The notes: generated by a model not told the origin, from the letters alone. DNA of 30,389 bases from an archaeon (GCA_020057405.1 JAGVFW010000010.1:1-30389); one strand, 5' to 3'. Positions 7,855 to 16,540 are shown, counted from the stretch's first letter. A program made the numbers and translations.

Positions 7855-8157
7855 TCAAACGTAGTCCTTGAGCACTTCGGCAGCCCGCTTGATTGACCGC
7901 TTGATCTGGTCCTCGCTTTTCGCGCCGCTGCAGATGACTTTTCCGTTCTTGAAGAGCAGGAGAGTCGTGCCGACGTCCTTTAGGCGCATGATTGCGCCGG
8001 GGAACTGCTCGGGCTCGTACTCGACGTTGCTAACTTCCATGGCGATGTTAAACAGGTCGAGCTCGACGCCAAGCGCTGCGCTTGCCACGATGTTCTCTAC
8101 CTTGTAGTTAAGGTTAAACTTTGGCGCTGGTTTGCCCGAAGGAGCTTTCTTTACCAT
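7855..8157 (-). CDS. Single-repeat (half) TATA-binding-protein-like protein, 100 aa
   Basis: KVENIVAS...YEPEQFPGAIMRL...LLFKNGKVICSGAKS corresponds to exactly one TBP repeat; GGTGG SD before ATG 8157. Confidence 0.9.
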   Translation of the reverse strand: MVKKAPSGKPAPKFNLNYKVENIVASAALGVELDLFNIAMEVSNVEYEPEQFPGAIMRLKDVGTTLLLFKNGKVICSGAKSEDQIKRSIKRAAEVLKDYV

Positions 8158-8185
8158 ATAAACCACCTTTAAAAATGAGGTGCCC

Positions 8186-8210
8186 AGAAGTATAAAAAGG
8201 TTAATATAGG
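8186..8210. promoter_or_regulatory. Back-to-back TATA boxes for half-TBP (-) and 8231 ORF (+)
   Basis: TTTTTATA on the minus strand; AAAAAGG-TTAATATA on the plus strand about 25-30 nt before ATG 8231. Confidence 0.5.
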
Positions 8211-8230
8211 CGGCTGGGGGGAAGGAGTGC

Positions 8231-8665
8231 ATGAAAGCACCTTTGCCTTGGCACGAGCGCGCTGCTGATTCGCTTGTTAAGCACTTTAGGGGCATTGGCC
8301 GCTCTAAAGTCAACGTCGTCGTAGGCGAGGTGCAGGTCAAGTCCGGCGCGTCAAAGCTGCAGGTCCATTCGCCAAAGCATGACGCTGAAGCCGTAATTAC
8401 CTTTCACGCGTCGTCCCCGAATAACATTTCGCTTGTGACTCTTACTTCCGCGATAGATTCAAACATGCCCGAGCAAGTCACGGCCGCGCTTCACCTTCAT
8501 CGGAAGGGATACTGGTTTCCGACTCTTGAAAACGCCACCCGCGGCTTTACGACGCGCCAGCTTCTTCACATAGCGACGCTTGTGGGCCCAATCGAGAGGG
8601 TAGTCGCAAGACACGACCCCGAGTTCGCCAAGGCGCTTTTGCGGGTCAAACCCGGTTCAAGATAA
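8231..8665 (+). CDS. Hypothetical protein
   Basis: 144 aa, AGGAG SD, fills the gap; no motif recognised. Confidence 0.65.
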   Translation: MKAPLPWHERAADSLVKHFRGIGRSKVNVVVGEVQVKSGASKLQVHSPKHDAEAVITFHASSPNNISLVTLTSAIDSNMPEQVTAALHLHRKGYWFPTLENATRGFTTRQLLHIATLVGPIERVVARHDPEFAKALLRVKPGSR

Positions 8666-8748
8666 GGCGGGGCCCAAGGCGTAGCCGCCCGCCCCCTTGC
8701 AGATATAAATACTTGCCCTTCCTAAGATACTCTAAAGGTGGATTTTCT

Positions 8749-9024
8749 ATGAAGCGTTCTCACGGTAGCTATAGCAAACAGAGCCGCAACCTGAAAAGCA
8801 AGGGCCGGCCCAGGATTACCAAGCTCATGTCCGAGTACGCAATCGGCGAGACTGTGCGCATTGACGCATCGCCGATGACTAAAGACGGCAGGCCGCACCT
8901 CAGGTTTAACAAGACGCTCGGCAAGATTGTCGGCCGCTCAGGCAAGGCCTACAAAGTCGTCGTCACCCAAGGCAACGCTGAAAAGATTCTAGTGGTCGGC
9001 GACGTCCACCTAGAGAGAATTTAA
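8749..9024 (+). CDS. rpl21e: 50S ribosomal protein L21e (eL21)
   Basis: MKRSHG...GRPHLRFN..GKIVG..GKAYKV...HL; GGTGG SD; conserved eL21-rpo4-DUF655-ksgA order. Confidence 0.95.
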   Translation: MKRSHGSYSKQSRNLKSKGRPRITKLMSEYAIGETVRIDASPMTKDGRPHLRFNKTLGKIVGRSGKAYKVVVTQGNAEKILVVGDVHLERI

Positions 9025-9041
9025 GAAAAGGGGAGATTGCT

Positions 9042-9377
9042 ATGAAACTCTTGGAAACCAAACCCATTTCATTTCGCGAAGTAAACGACTACCTTAAGGA
9101 GCGCAAGAAGGAGGCCGCCGGCGGCGAGCTCGGCTACGAGCAGGCTAACTCCCTTGACTACTCCGAGAAGTTCCTCCAGCTCACGGACGCGAAGGAACGC
9201 GACTTGCGCGACGACCTCTCAAAACTCGGCCTCCAGGAGCCTGTAATCACCGGCCTCGTCGACATGCTCCCGAAAAAGGAGGACGAAATCAAGCTAATCC
9301 TACAATCCGGCAAGCTAGAGCTGCCTGACGACCAGGTTAAGGAAATCGCAAAAGTCGTCAAGAAGTACCGCAAGTGA
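9042..9377 (+). CDS. rpo4: RNA polymerase subunit Rpo4 (F)
   Basis: ELGYEQ..SLDY..KF, LVDMLP...EIK; conserved gene context. Confidence 0.92.
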   Translation: MKLLETKPISFREVNDYLKERKKEAAGGELGYEQANSLDYSEKFLQLTDAKERDLRDDLSKLGLQEPVITGLVDMLPKKEDEIKLILQSGKLELPDDQVKEIAKVVKKYRK

Positions 9378-9955
9378 GGGCGAGTGCAGTGTTGCGGCGT
9401 GAAGAAAACGCGGTAGTTCTCGACTTTCTCCCCTCCGGCAAGAGCGGGGAAGCAAAGCGCGAGCCCGTCGCCCAGATTCTCGGCGACACTTACTTTACAC
9501 TACTTGAAGTAGTCGCAAAGGCAGGCACTACCCTGGCGCCCGGCGAGAAAGTCTACATCGGGAAAGAAGTGCGCGACAAAATCGATTACATCAAGGGCCG
9601 CGTCACTTTCCTAGACCTTACCTCACAGGCGCAGCGCGCTTGCGAAGAGCAGGTAAAGGCCCTCGTCTTGGCCCGCGAAGCGGAGTTCATCGGTTTTCTA
9701 AACCGTGCGGACGCGCTAAACATCCGCGTCCACACCCTCGAGATGCTTCCCAGCATCGGCAAGCGCCACCTGATGGCCATCCTCTCGGCGCGCGAGCTAA
9801 AGCCGTTCGCCTCTTTTGTGGACGTGCGCGAGCGCGTCAGCGGCATCGGCCACATCGAGGACATTTTCGTCAACCGCATCATCGAAGAGCTAAGGGGCGA
9901 CAGCAAGTACTACCTGTTCACCAAAGCGCCGAGCCGAGAGCACGAGCGCCACTAA
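9374..9955 (+). CDS. DUF655 putative RNA-binding protein
   Basis: EENAVVLDFL, AQILG..YFTLLE, VYIGK..RDKI, HTLEMLPSIGK; conserved context. Start may be slightly downstream. Confidence 0.92.
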   Translation: MRASAVLRREENAVVLDFLPSGKSGEAKREPVAQILGDTYFTLLEVVAKAGTTLAPGEKVYIGKEVRDKIDYIKGRVTFLDLTSQAQRACEEQVKALVLAREAEFIGFLNRADALNIRVHTLEMLPSIGKRHLMAILSARELKPFASFVDVRERVSGIGHIEDIFVNRIIEELRGDSKYYLFTKAPSREHERH

Positions 9956-9963
9956 TCCTTGCA

Positions 9964-10821
9964 GTGACCGAACAACTCATTTCAGTGAAGGCGAAACCCA
10001 AACCGCGCCTGTCCCAGAATTTCCTCATCGCCCCAGAGTTTCCGATGGAAATAGCGGAGCGCCTCCCCCTCTTAGGAAAGAGCGTGCTTGAAATCGGCGC
10101 CGGGACGGGCTTTCTAACCGCCGAGCTCGCAAAGCACGCCAAAACCGTGACCGCAGTCGAGGTTGACCCCGACTTGCTTTCCGAGCTAAAGGAACAGCTT
10201 GCCGGAGCCAAGAACGTCAAAATCAAGATTGCCGACGCACTCGAGTTTGACTTAAGCGGCTATGACTGCATCTTCGGCGCCCTCCCCTACCACCTTTCTT
10301 CCCCGCTTCTCTTCCGCATTCTTGCAACGGGTTGCCCCGACGCCGTTCTCGTCCTGCAAAAAGAGTTTGCCGAACGGCTTTGCGGTGCGCCGGGCTCAAA
10401 AGACTGGTCGCGGCTATCCGCAATGGCGCAAGCGGACTACGACGCGACTCTCGTCGACGTAATTCCAGCACACTGCTTCTTTCCAATCCCGAACGTCGAC
10501 TCTGCAATCGTTCACTTGACGCGAAAGCCGCTAAGCAAGCGCGTCTCGCTAAACGCCGAACTAGTCGCCGCGCTTTTCCAGCACAAGAACCAAAACGTGA
10601 AAAAGTCGTTGCTTCACTCGGCACACGCGCTTAAAATTGACGAAACCGCGCTTTCGCGTTTTGCCGACTCGCTTCCAAAAGAGCTTTCCTCAAAGCGCCC
10701 GCGCGCCCTGACCTTAAGCGAGCTTTCCGAGCTTAGCCGTTTGAGTCTTCGACTGCTTGTTCGAAAGCCTGGTGCAACATCGCAATCAGGTAGCCCTGAG
10801 CGTAGCGTCCCTGTCGCCTGA
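9964..10821 (+). CDS. ksgA: 16S rRNA m6,2A dimethyltransferase KsgA/Dim1
   Basis: LSQNFL, VLEIGAGTG.LT, AVEVD, ALPYHLSSP, QKEFAERL, P.PNVDSA. Start GTG 9964 inferred. Confidence 0.93.
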   Translation: MTEQLISVKAKPKPRLSQNFLIAPEFPMEIAERLPLLGKSVLEIGAGTGFLTAELAKHAKTVTAVEVDPDLLSELKEQLAGAKNVKIKIADALEFDLSGYDCIFGALPYHLSSPLLFRILATGCPDAVLVLQKEFAERLCGAPGSKDWSRLSAMAQADYDATLVDVIPAHCFFPIPNVDSAIVHLTRKPLSKRVSLNAELVAALFQHKNQNVKKSLLHSAHALKIDETALSRFADSLPKELSSKRPRALTLSELSELSRLSLRLLVRKPGATSQSGSPERSVPVA

Positions 10822-11794
10822 TTTCGCCGCTTTGCACCGCGTCCTCAACCACTTGCCGTCCGGCTTCCACGACGGCTTCGAGCTTTTCTTTCGAGTGCCG
10901 CCTTACCTCAAGCCAATGTCTCGCCCGCTCCTCGATTTGGGCGTCACTGGGTATCGTCCGGTCTTTTTCCGATTCCACGCGCTTCCTGAACGCCATGAGC
11001 GAGGGAGTCAAGGGCTTGGCTGGAATTTCTTTTGCAGCCTCCTTCTTGCGTGCATCTATTTTCTTTAGCCTCTCGACTGCCATTTTATCGAATACTTGGC
11101 GGGAAGTTTCCCCGGCGTGGGACTGAAACGAGTGTTCGTTCAGGTTGTAATGCGGCAGGTTCTTGAGCACCGTCGCTACCGCGTGGCCCGTAAGCACTGC
11201 GGCAAGAAACCGCCTGTTCTCGCCCCCAGCCAGTCTCCCCTTGTCTATGAACTGTTCTGCAATGAGCTGGATTTGCGGCTCCATTGCTTTTTTGAGCCTT
11301 AGAACCAGCCGCCTTCTTTCCGGCAGGTCTTCTCCCGCCCGCTGCGTGTCTTGGGCAAGCTCATGCAGCACTGTTTTCGCCCTTTCTGCCGCTGCCCTGA
11401 GAGTTTGGGGGCTGGGCACCTCAAAATCTTTCTCTTCCTCGTTAGCCGCCTTGAGCAATTTTTCAATCGCCTGGCCGTGAATTTGCCTGGCCCGCTCCCG
11501 GCCGGCTCGATGGCCCATTACCCTGAGTTCGCCCGCTATTTCTTTAAACGAGGCGCCTTCCAACTCGTGTCGCAAAAACACGTGCCTTTCCTTTTCATTG
11601 AGCGCGTCAAGCAGTTGGCGCAAGTACTCTGCATCAAGGACGCTATCGAGCTGCTTTTGCGCTTTGGGGTCGTCGCGGGAGATTTTGGGCCGCCTCCAGC
11701 GCAGCTCCCCCTCCGCTTCCCGCAATCCCCCATCTTGCCTGATTTTGAAGGCCGTAGGCTCGCGCTTTGGTTTTCCGCCGGCATTTCGCTTCAT
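10733..11794 (-). CDS. Protein with a sigma-70 region-4-like HTH and a possible region-2-like segment
   Basis: aa ~58-114 LDALNEKERHVF..HELEGASFKEIAGEL...RERARQIHGQAIEKL; aa ~160-240 weakly resemble region 2. Confidence 0.75.
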   Translation of the reverse strand: MKRNAGGKPKREPTAFKIRQDGGLREAEGELRWRRPKISRDDPKAQKQLDSVLDAEYLRQLLDALNEKERHVFLRHELEGASFKEIAGELRVMGHRAGRERARQIHGQAIEKLLKAANEEEKDFEVPSPQTLRAAAERAKTVLHELAQDTQRAGEDLPERRRLVLRLKKAMEPQIQLIAEQFIDKGRLAGGENRRFLAAVLTGHAVATVLKNLPHYNLNEHSFQSHAGETSRQVFDKMAVERLKKIDARKKEAAKEIPAKPLTPSLMAFRKRVESEKDRTIPSDAQIEERARHWLEVRRHSKEKLEAVVEAGRQVVEDAVQSGEIRRQGRYAQGYLIAMLHQAFEQAVEDSNG

Positions 11795-11847
11795 ATGCTG
11801 GTAGCTATGCTGCTTATGGAATAAGAGAGTTTGGGGGGGGGAGCAAA

Positions 11848-12051
11848 TCAGCTTCTTGAAGCGAGCTTGATGTCCTCGGCGGTGACGGTCTTTCGTCCCG
11901 CGTGCTTGGCTAAGTGCACTGCCTTCTGTGCGATGTCAATCGCGGACTCTTCCAAGACATCGGCGAGCGCCTGCGCAGCGTCTTCGCTCACGCGCTCGGC
12001 GCCGGCTTTCCTGACTAATCGTTCGACTGGTGCAAGTGGAATGTCGGACAT
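11848..12051 (-). CDS. Archaeal histone (HMf family)
   Basis: [22 protein letters not shown]...[17 protein letters not shown]; start ATG 12051 after GGAGATGA. Confidence 0.96.
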   Translation of the reverse strand: MSDIPLAPVERLVRKAGAERVSEDAAQALADVLEESAIDIAQKAVHLAKHAGRKTVTAEDIKLASRS

Positions 12052-12161
12052 ACGTATCATCTCCAATACACAATTTCCTCCAACTGAAATAAATAGCTTG
12101 TGCCTCAATTTAGTGAATAAGGGCCTCAAAGGGCTTGTTTTCCCAAATAGAGTGCGTTGCA

Positions 12162-13721
12162 ATGGAACCAGACCTCGAGGAGTTTATCTCTGGCCTTAGC
12201 CTCGACTTTACCAAACTGCAGCCGCGCGAGTACCAAGTGCGCGCAGCGAAGGCCGTGATAGAGCGCGGAAACACTCTTGTCGTGATGCCGACCGCCTTGG
12301 GCAAGACATTCGTCGCCGTCCTCGCGATGGCAAAATTCCTGCAGCGCAACCCAAAGAGCCGCTTTCTTTTCCTCGCGCCCACAAAACCCCTCGTTCTCCA
12401 GCAGGCCAACCGGCTGGCGGAGCTTCTCAACATCAAGGCCGAGGCAATTACCGGCGAAATGGCGCCAGAAAGCCGCCGCGGCCTCTACACCTCTGCGCAG
12501 CTGATTTGCGCCACTCCCCAGACAATCAAAAATGACCTGCGCTTTACCGACTTCTCGCATTTCGCCATAGTTGTTTTCGACGAGGCGCACCGAACCGTCG
12601 GCGACTACGCTTACGTCCCCATTGCGAAAAAAGCCGTGGCGCAGGGTTGCCGCGTGCTCGCCCTCACCGCATCCCCGTCCGCAGAGCGCGAGAAAATCGA
12701 CGAAATCCGCGGCCACCTGGGCATCGAGCACGTTGAAATCAAGACCGAGACCGACGAGGATGTCGTTGATTACGTCAACAAGGTCGAAGTCGAGTGGGTT
12801 TTCGTTGACTTGCCCCCGGAATTCCCCGCAATGCGAAAGCAACTCCAGTCGCTGGCGCAAGACGCCTACTCCGGCATCACCCGCGCAGGCTTTCCTCTCC
12901 CGCCCCTGGGGTTTCTCAAGCGCACAGACTTGCTTGCATTGCGCCTCAAGCTCACGCAATCAATCAAGCGACAAGACGTGCGCGCTTACGGTGCGATGAG
13001 CTCGCTTGCCAAGCTCATGAATGTCCTTCACGCAATTGACTTGCTTGAGAGCCAGGGCATCGAGCCTCTGCGCAAGTTCCTTGAGGGCTTTGAGGAGAGA
13101 AAAGCCGCCAGCAAGGCGGTCGCGGCCCTCGCGAGAGAGCCTGCAGTAAAGACGATAATCGCAGACTGCGCCGCGCTTGAAGCGCTCGGAGTCGAGCACC
13201 CCAAGTACGCCAAGCTCAAGGAAATAGTCGGCACGGCTGCAGAGGGGGGCCAAGGCATCATCGTTTTCGCGAACTTCCGTGACACTGTCTCCAAATTAGT
13301 CGAGGAGCTAAACGCCTTGCGTCACGTGAAAGCCCGCCAGCTAATCGGCCGCGGCGGCAAGGGCATGTCGCAAAAGCAGCAGGGCGCGCTCATCGACGCC
13401 TTCAGGTTCAAGGAATTCAATTGCATGGTGTGCTCAAGCGTTGGCGAGGAGGGGCTCGACATTCCTTCAGTCGACTTAGTCGTCTTTTTCGAGGCGGTGC
13501 CAAGCGAAATCCGCCTCATCCAGCGCCGCGGCAGGACCGGCAGGATGAGGGCAGGAAAAGTAATCGTGCTTGTCGCAAAGGGCACGCGCGACGAGGCATA
13601 CCTGCACGTTGCCCGCCGCAAGGAAAAGCAGATGCATTCCGAGCTCGAGCGAATCCGCAGCGAGCTCGAGGACAGCAGCGAAAAGCCGGCTGACGGACAG
13701 AAGAAACTTGACGGCTTTTGA
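12162..13721 (+). CDS. hef: Hef/FANCM-type SF2 helicase (helicase-only polypeptide)
   Basis: [51 protein letters not shown]; ends in QKKLDGF. Confidence 0.93.
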   Translation: MEPDLEEFISGLSLDFTKLQPREYQVRAAKAVIERGNTLVVMPTALGKTFVAVLAMAKFLQRNPKSRFLFLAPTKPLVLQQANRLAELLNIKAEAITGEMAPESRRGLYTSAQLICATPQTIKNDLRFTDFSHFAIVVFDEAHRTVGDYAYVPIAKKAVAQGCRVLALTASPSAEREKIDEIRGHLGIEHVEIKTETDEDVVDYVNKVEVEWVFVDLPPEFPAMRKQLQSLAQDAYSGITRAGFPLPPLGFLKRTDLLALRLKLTQSIKRQDVRAYGAMSSLAKLMNVLHAIDLLESQGIEPLRKFLEGFEERKAASKAVAALAREPAVKTIIADCAALEALGVEHPKYAKLKEIVGTAAEGGQGIIVFANFRDTVSKLVEELNALRHVKARQLIGRGGKGMSQKQQGALIDAFRFKEFNCMVCSSVGEEGLDIPSVDLVVFFEAVPSEIRLIQRRGRTGRMRAGKVIVLVAKGTRDEAYLHVARRKEKQMHSELERIRSELEDSSEKPADGQKKLDGF

Positions 13722-13827
13722 AGAGACGGCTGGCAGTATAAGCGCTTAGCGTCAGAGCCATTCCGATCAACGGGCTCCGGCGGCCACTAGCTGCTTTTTT
13801 TAATCACTGCATCCCATACCACTGCTT

Positions 13828-15864
13828 ATGCGGCTTGCTGCTTATCCTTGGTTCCAAAGGCTCGACAAGCTGGTCCACAGCGGCAGCGTGGACATTCCGA
13901 ATTTGGGAGAACGGCGCTTTACCGGCACGAGCGTTGAGGACCACGCAAACGCGGTGGCCGAACTTACTGGCCGTTTCATCCACGGCATTCCCGTCGACAT
14001 GGCTAGGGCTTCAGTCGCACCCAAATTCGATGATGTTAACATGCGGGCTTTTGTTGTTGCAGCCTACTTCAAGGAGCTTCTTGGAAATCCCCAGCTGATT
14101 TCGGGCGTGCGCATCAGGCACTACTCTACCCACCAGGTGCCAACTTTCTGGAAGAGAGTGCGCAGGACGGCCGGCTTTGACCGCAAGAAAGCGCCCTTAA
14201 TGGGACAAAGGGAAATAGCCGCGCTTTCCCGCAACGGCTTTACCGTGATGTCGACGAAGGAGTTTCAAAGATTCAACCGCGCCGTAATTACCGATCACGT
14301 GGAGCCCGCGCTGGAGCAGGGGCGGGTCCTCAGGCCGCTTCTCTTGAGCCGCAACATACTTTCAAAAGAAGGAATTGACCGGGCGCAAAAACTCCTGGAG
14401 CTGGTTGACACGATACGCTTGCATGAGACAATCTACGGCACTCCGGTGCTCAAAGATAACGAAATGAAAGACATAGATCCAATTCTATACAAGAGCGCAC
14501 TCGTCATCCGGTCAATGGACCTGCTTCAATCCCTCCGAGAAGCAGCCAAGGACGAGAGCGTCGCAACTAGCGACTACGCCTACAACATCGCGTGCCATGC
14601 GTACAACCATTACCGCCGGCTGTTTAGGGCCAGCGGCTTCTACGACCTCCACCGCAGGATGTCGGATGCGGCTTCGCGCATTTTCTTCAAACGCGAGAAC
14701 TTGCTCCGCTCCCTTCCAAAAAGAGTCGTAAAGTATGATTACGACGACGTGGCGGGCCTTTACAGAAAACCTGAAGTAAAGCGCTACCTAGACGATACGC
14801 GCAAGCTGATGCGCGGACTTACTGACCAGACGCTCTTGCGCATGGGTTTGAGCCGCATCGAGGAGTCCGCGGAAACATTCCAGGAAATCAAGGACCCGTG
14901 GTCGGTCATCGAGAAATATTATTCGGTTTGGACGCGCCACAAGAAACGAGGAAAACTGGAAGCGCCGTTGGGTGACAAGCTCACGAATCCGCTTCTTGTC
15001 CACGACCTTGTCCGCACGCGCGTAATCCTCGATAACGTCGATGACTGCTATGCCTTTGCAAAAGGAAAGCTTGACGCAAATGTCGCCAAGAAGAGCGGCA
15101 TCGATGAAATTCTTGACGAATGGGTTAAGTCTGGCCGCATCACTTCGTTCAAGGTGCACCAGTATCGGGACTACATCGCTTCGCCAAAAGACAATGGCTA
15201 TAGTGCGCTTCACGTCATTGTTGACGTCGAAGTGCCCGGAAAGAACGGCAATCTTTGGCTTTTCAACAGGCGCCGACGCATGGAATTCCAGGTGCTGACT
15301 AAAGAGATGTGGGAGAACAACGAGAAGGGCACGGCGCACCACGAATTAGAAAAAGAACCCAAGAAAGGCGGCGTGGTCGAGGGCGCGTACGCGGGCACAG
15401 TTCCAAAATTCAAGAACGTCAACCTTGCTGACATAGACCTAGCGAACATTGGTGAACACTTTAAGACCGCGGCCGGTGAAGGCACGGACGTGGGCATCAG
15501 GCCGTGGGAGGATTCTCTCGTCGTTAAAATTAATGACAGCAACCCGCCCTACCGGCTTACTGGCGATGACACTTTTGCCTATGCCCTCGCGATGCATTTA
15601 CCGAGGTACGCAAGCGAACTTAAAAAACACCGGCGCGATATCGTGTTGCTGGATCAAGAGACCAATCGGCCGATTCCGCTTGACTCGACGCCTTCCCGCG
15701 ACAACACTTATGTGAAAGTCAAACTTATCTCCCCCGGTTCCGAGGACGAAAAGCGGTTTGCCGGATATATACGTTCGCCCAAGGAAATAATGCAACTGGT
15801 GCCCGAGCACCGCCAAGACGAGCTGGACAAAGTCCGCCGCACGCTCGGCAAGTTGTTGAAGTGA
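13828..15864 (+). CDS. RelA/SpoT-homologue (RSH)-like protein: degenerate HD, synthetase and TGS-like domains
   Basis: KDPWSVIEK, HDLVRTRVILDNVDDCY, YRDYIASPKDNGYSALHVIV, EFQVLTKEM..NEKGTAHH; N-terminal RFTG..DHANAVA; C-terminal GDDTFAYALAMH. Confidence 0.85.
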   Translation: MRLAAYPWFQRLDKLVHSGSVDIPNLGERRFTGTSVEDHANAVAELTGRFIHGIPVDMARASVAPKFDDVNMRAFVVAAYFKELLGNPQLISGVRIRHYSTHQVPTFWKRVRRTAGFDRKKAPLMGQREIAALSRNGFTVMSTKEFQRFNRAVITDHVEPALEQGRVLRPLLLSRNILSKEGIDRAQKLLELVDTIRLHETIYGTPVLKDNEMKDIDPILYKSALVIRSMDLLQSLREAAKDESVATSDYAYNIACHAYNHYRRLFRASGFYDLHRRMSDAASRIFFKRENLLRSLPKRVVKYDYDDVAGLYRKPEVKRYLDDTRKLMRGLTDQTLLRMGLSRIEESAETFQEIKDPWSVIEKYYSVWTRHKKRGKLEAPLGDKLTNPLLVHDLVRTRVILDNVDDCYAFAKGKLDANVAKKSGIDEILDEWVKSGRITSFKVHQYRDYIASPKDNGYSALHVIVDVEVPGKNGNLWLFNRRRRMEFQVLTKEMWENNEKGTAHHELEKEPKKGGVVEGAYAGTVPKFKNVNLADIDLANIGEHFKTAAGEGTDVGIRPWEDSLVVKINDSNPPYRLTGDDTFAYALAMHLPRYASELKKHRRDIVLLDQETNRPIPLDSTPSRDNTYVKVKLISPGSEDEKRFAGYIRSPKEIMQLVPEHRQDELDKVRRTLGKLLK

Positions 15865-15874
15865 TTAGCCCCCC

Positions 15875-16540
15875 ATGACCAGCCTGCGCATTATGGTTGA
15901 CGACCGCGAGGCAAGCGGTGCCGTAGTCGCACGCCTGCGAAAACTCGGCGTTACGATTGAGGTCAAGCGCCTGCCGGTTGCCGACTTCGTGCTCTCCGAC
16001 CGCGTGGCAGTTGAGCGGAAAACCGCTGCCGACTTTGAGTCAAGCGTGGTTGACGGCAGGCTGTTCGAGCAGGCCGGCCGCCTGAAGGCAGAATTCGCTT
16101 CGCCTCTAATCTGCGTTGTTGGCAACGACTTTTTCCGCCTCGAAAAAGCTGCGCGCCGCGGAGTGCTCATCGCCCTTGCAACCGACTTCAATTTGCCGGT
16201 CTTCTTCCTTGAGAGCGAGGAGTCGCTCGCCGACTTCATGGTGCAGATTGCAACCCGCGAGCAACTGTCGAAGAAGCACGACCACAAGCTGCAGTTTGCG
16301 AAAAAGACTGAAATCCTGGCAGAACAGCAGCAGCTCATTATCGAGAGCTTACCCGGCATCGGGCCGTCAACAGCCAAGGCGCTTCTGGCGCACTTTGGCA
16401 GCGTCGAGAACGTGCTTACTGCCGATGAGGAAGAACTCTTGGCCGCACCCGGCGTTGGCCCCGAGCGGGCTAGGGCGTTAAAGAAAATAGTGTGCGGCGA
16501 TTACTCGCCGCAAAAAGAAAGTAGAAGCCCCTTAGCCTAG
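15875..16540 (+). CDS. ERCC4/XPF-family nuclease with two HhH motifs (Hef nuclease half)
   Basis: VDDRE, L.VADFVLS, VERKTAADF..S..DGRLFEQ, SLPGIGPSTAKALL, APGVG. Confidence 0.93.
   Translation: MTSLRIMVDDREASGAVVARLRKLGVTIEVKRLPVADFVLSDRVAVERKTAADFESSVVDGRLFEQAGRLKAEFASPLICVVGNDFFRLEKAARRGVLIALATDFNLPVFFLESEESLADFMVQIATREQLSKKHDHKLQFAKKTEILAEQQQLIIESLPGIGPSTAKALLAHFGSVENVLTADEEELLAAPGVGPERARALKKIVCGDYSPQKESRSPLA

Noticed and set aside
8158-8340. 61-aa N-terminal extension of the TBP-like ORF as a possible missing first repeat
   Set aside because: It has no TBP motifs, crosses the promoter and is antisense to the 8231 gene; the SD supports ATG 8157.
9640-9963. Long Arg-rich N-terminal extension of KsgA
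   Set aside because: It is an alternative frame of the DUF655 gene; KsgA homology starts after 9964.
11833-11841. G9 homopolymer between the histone and sigma-like genes as a phase-variation tract
   Set aside because: A single intergenic tract with no evidence of length variation; it cannot be supported from one sequence.
12126-12959. Long antisense ORFs (e.g. 12126..12959, 7018..7671, 14788..15342, 17380..17958)
   Set aside because: They lie opposite well-supported genes in GC-rich DNA and carry no motifs.
13722-15874. RSH insert as an intein, intron or transposon within hef
   Set aside because: The helicase has a clean stop and PIP-like end, the nuclease has its own ATG, and I found no splicing motifs, transposase, terminal inverted repeats or target duplication.
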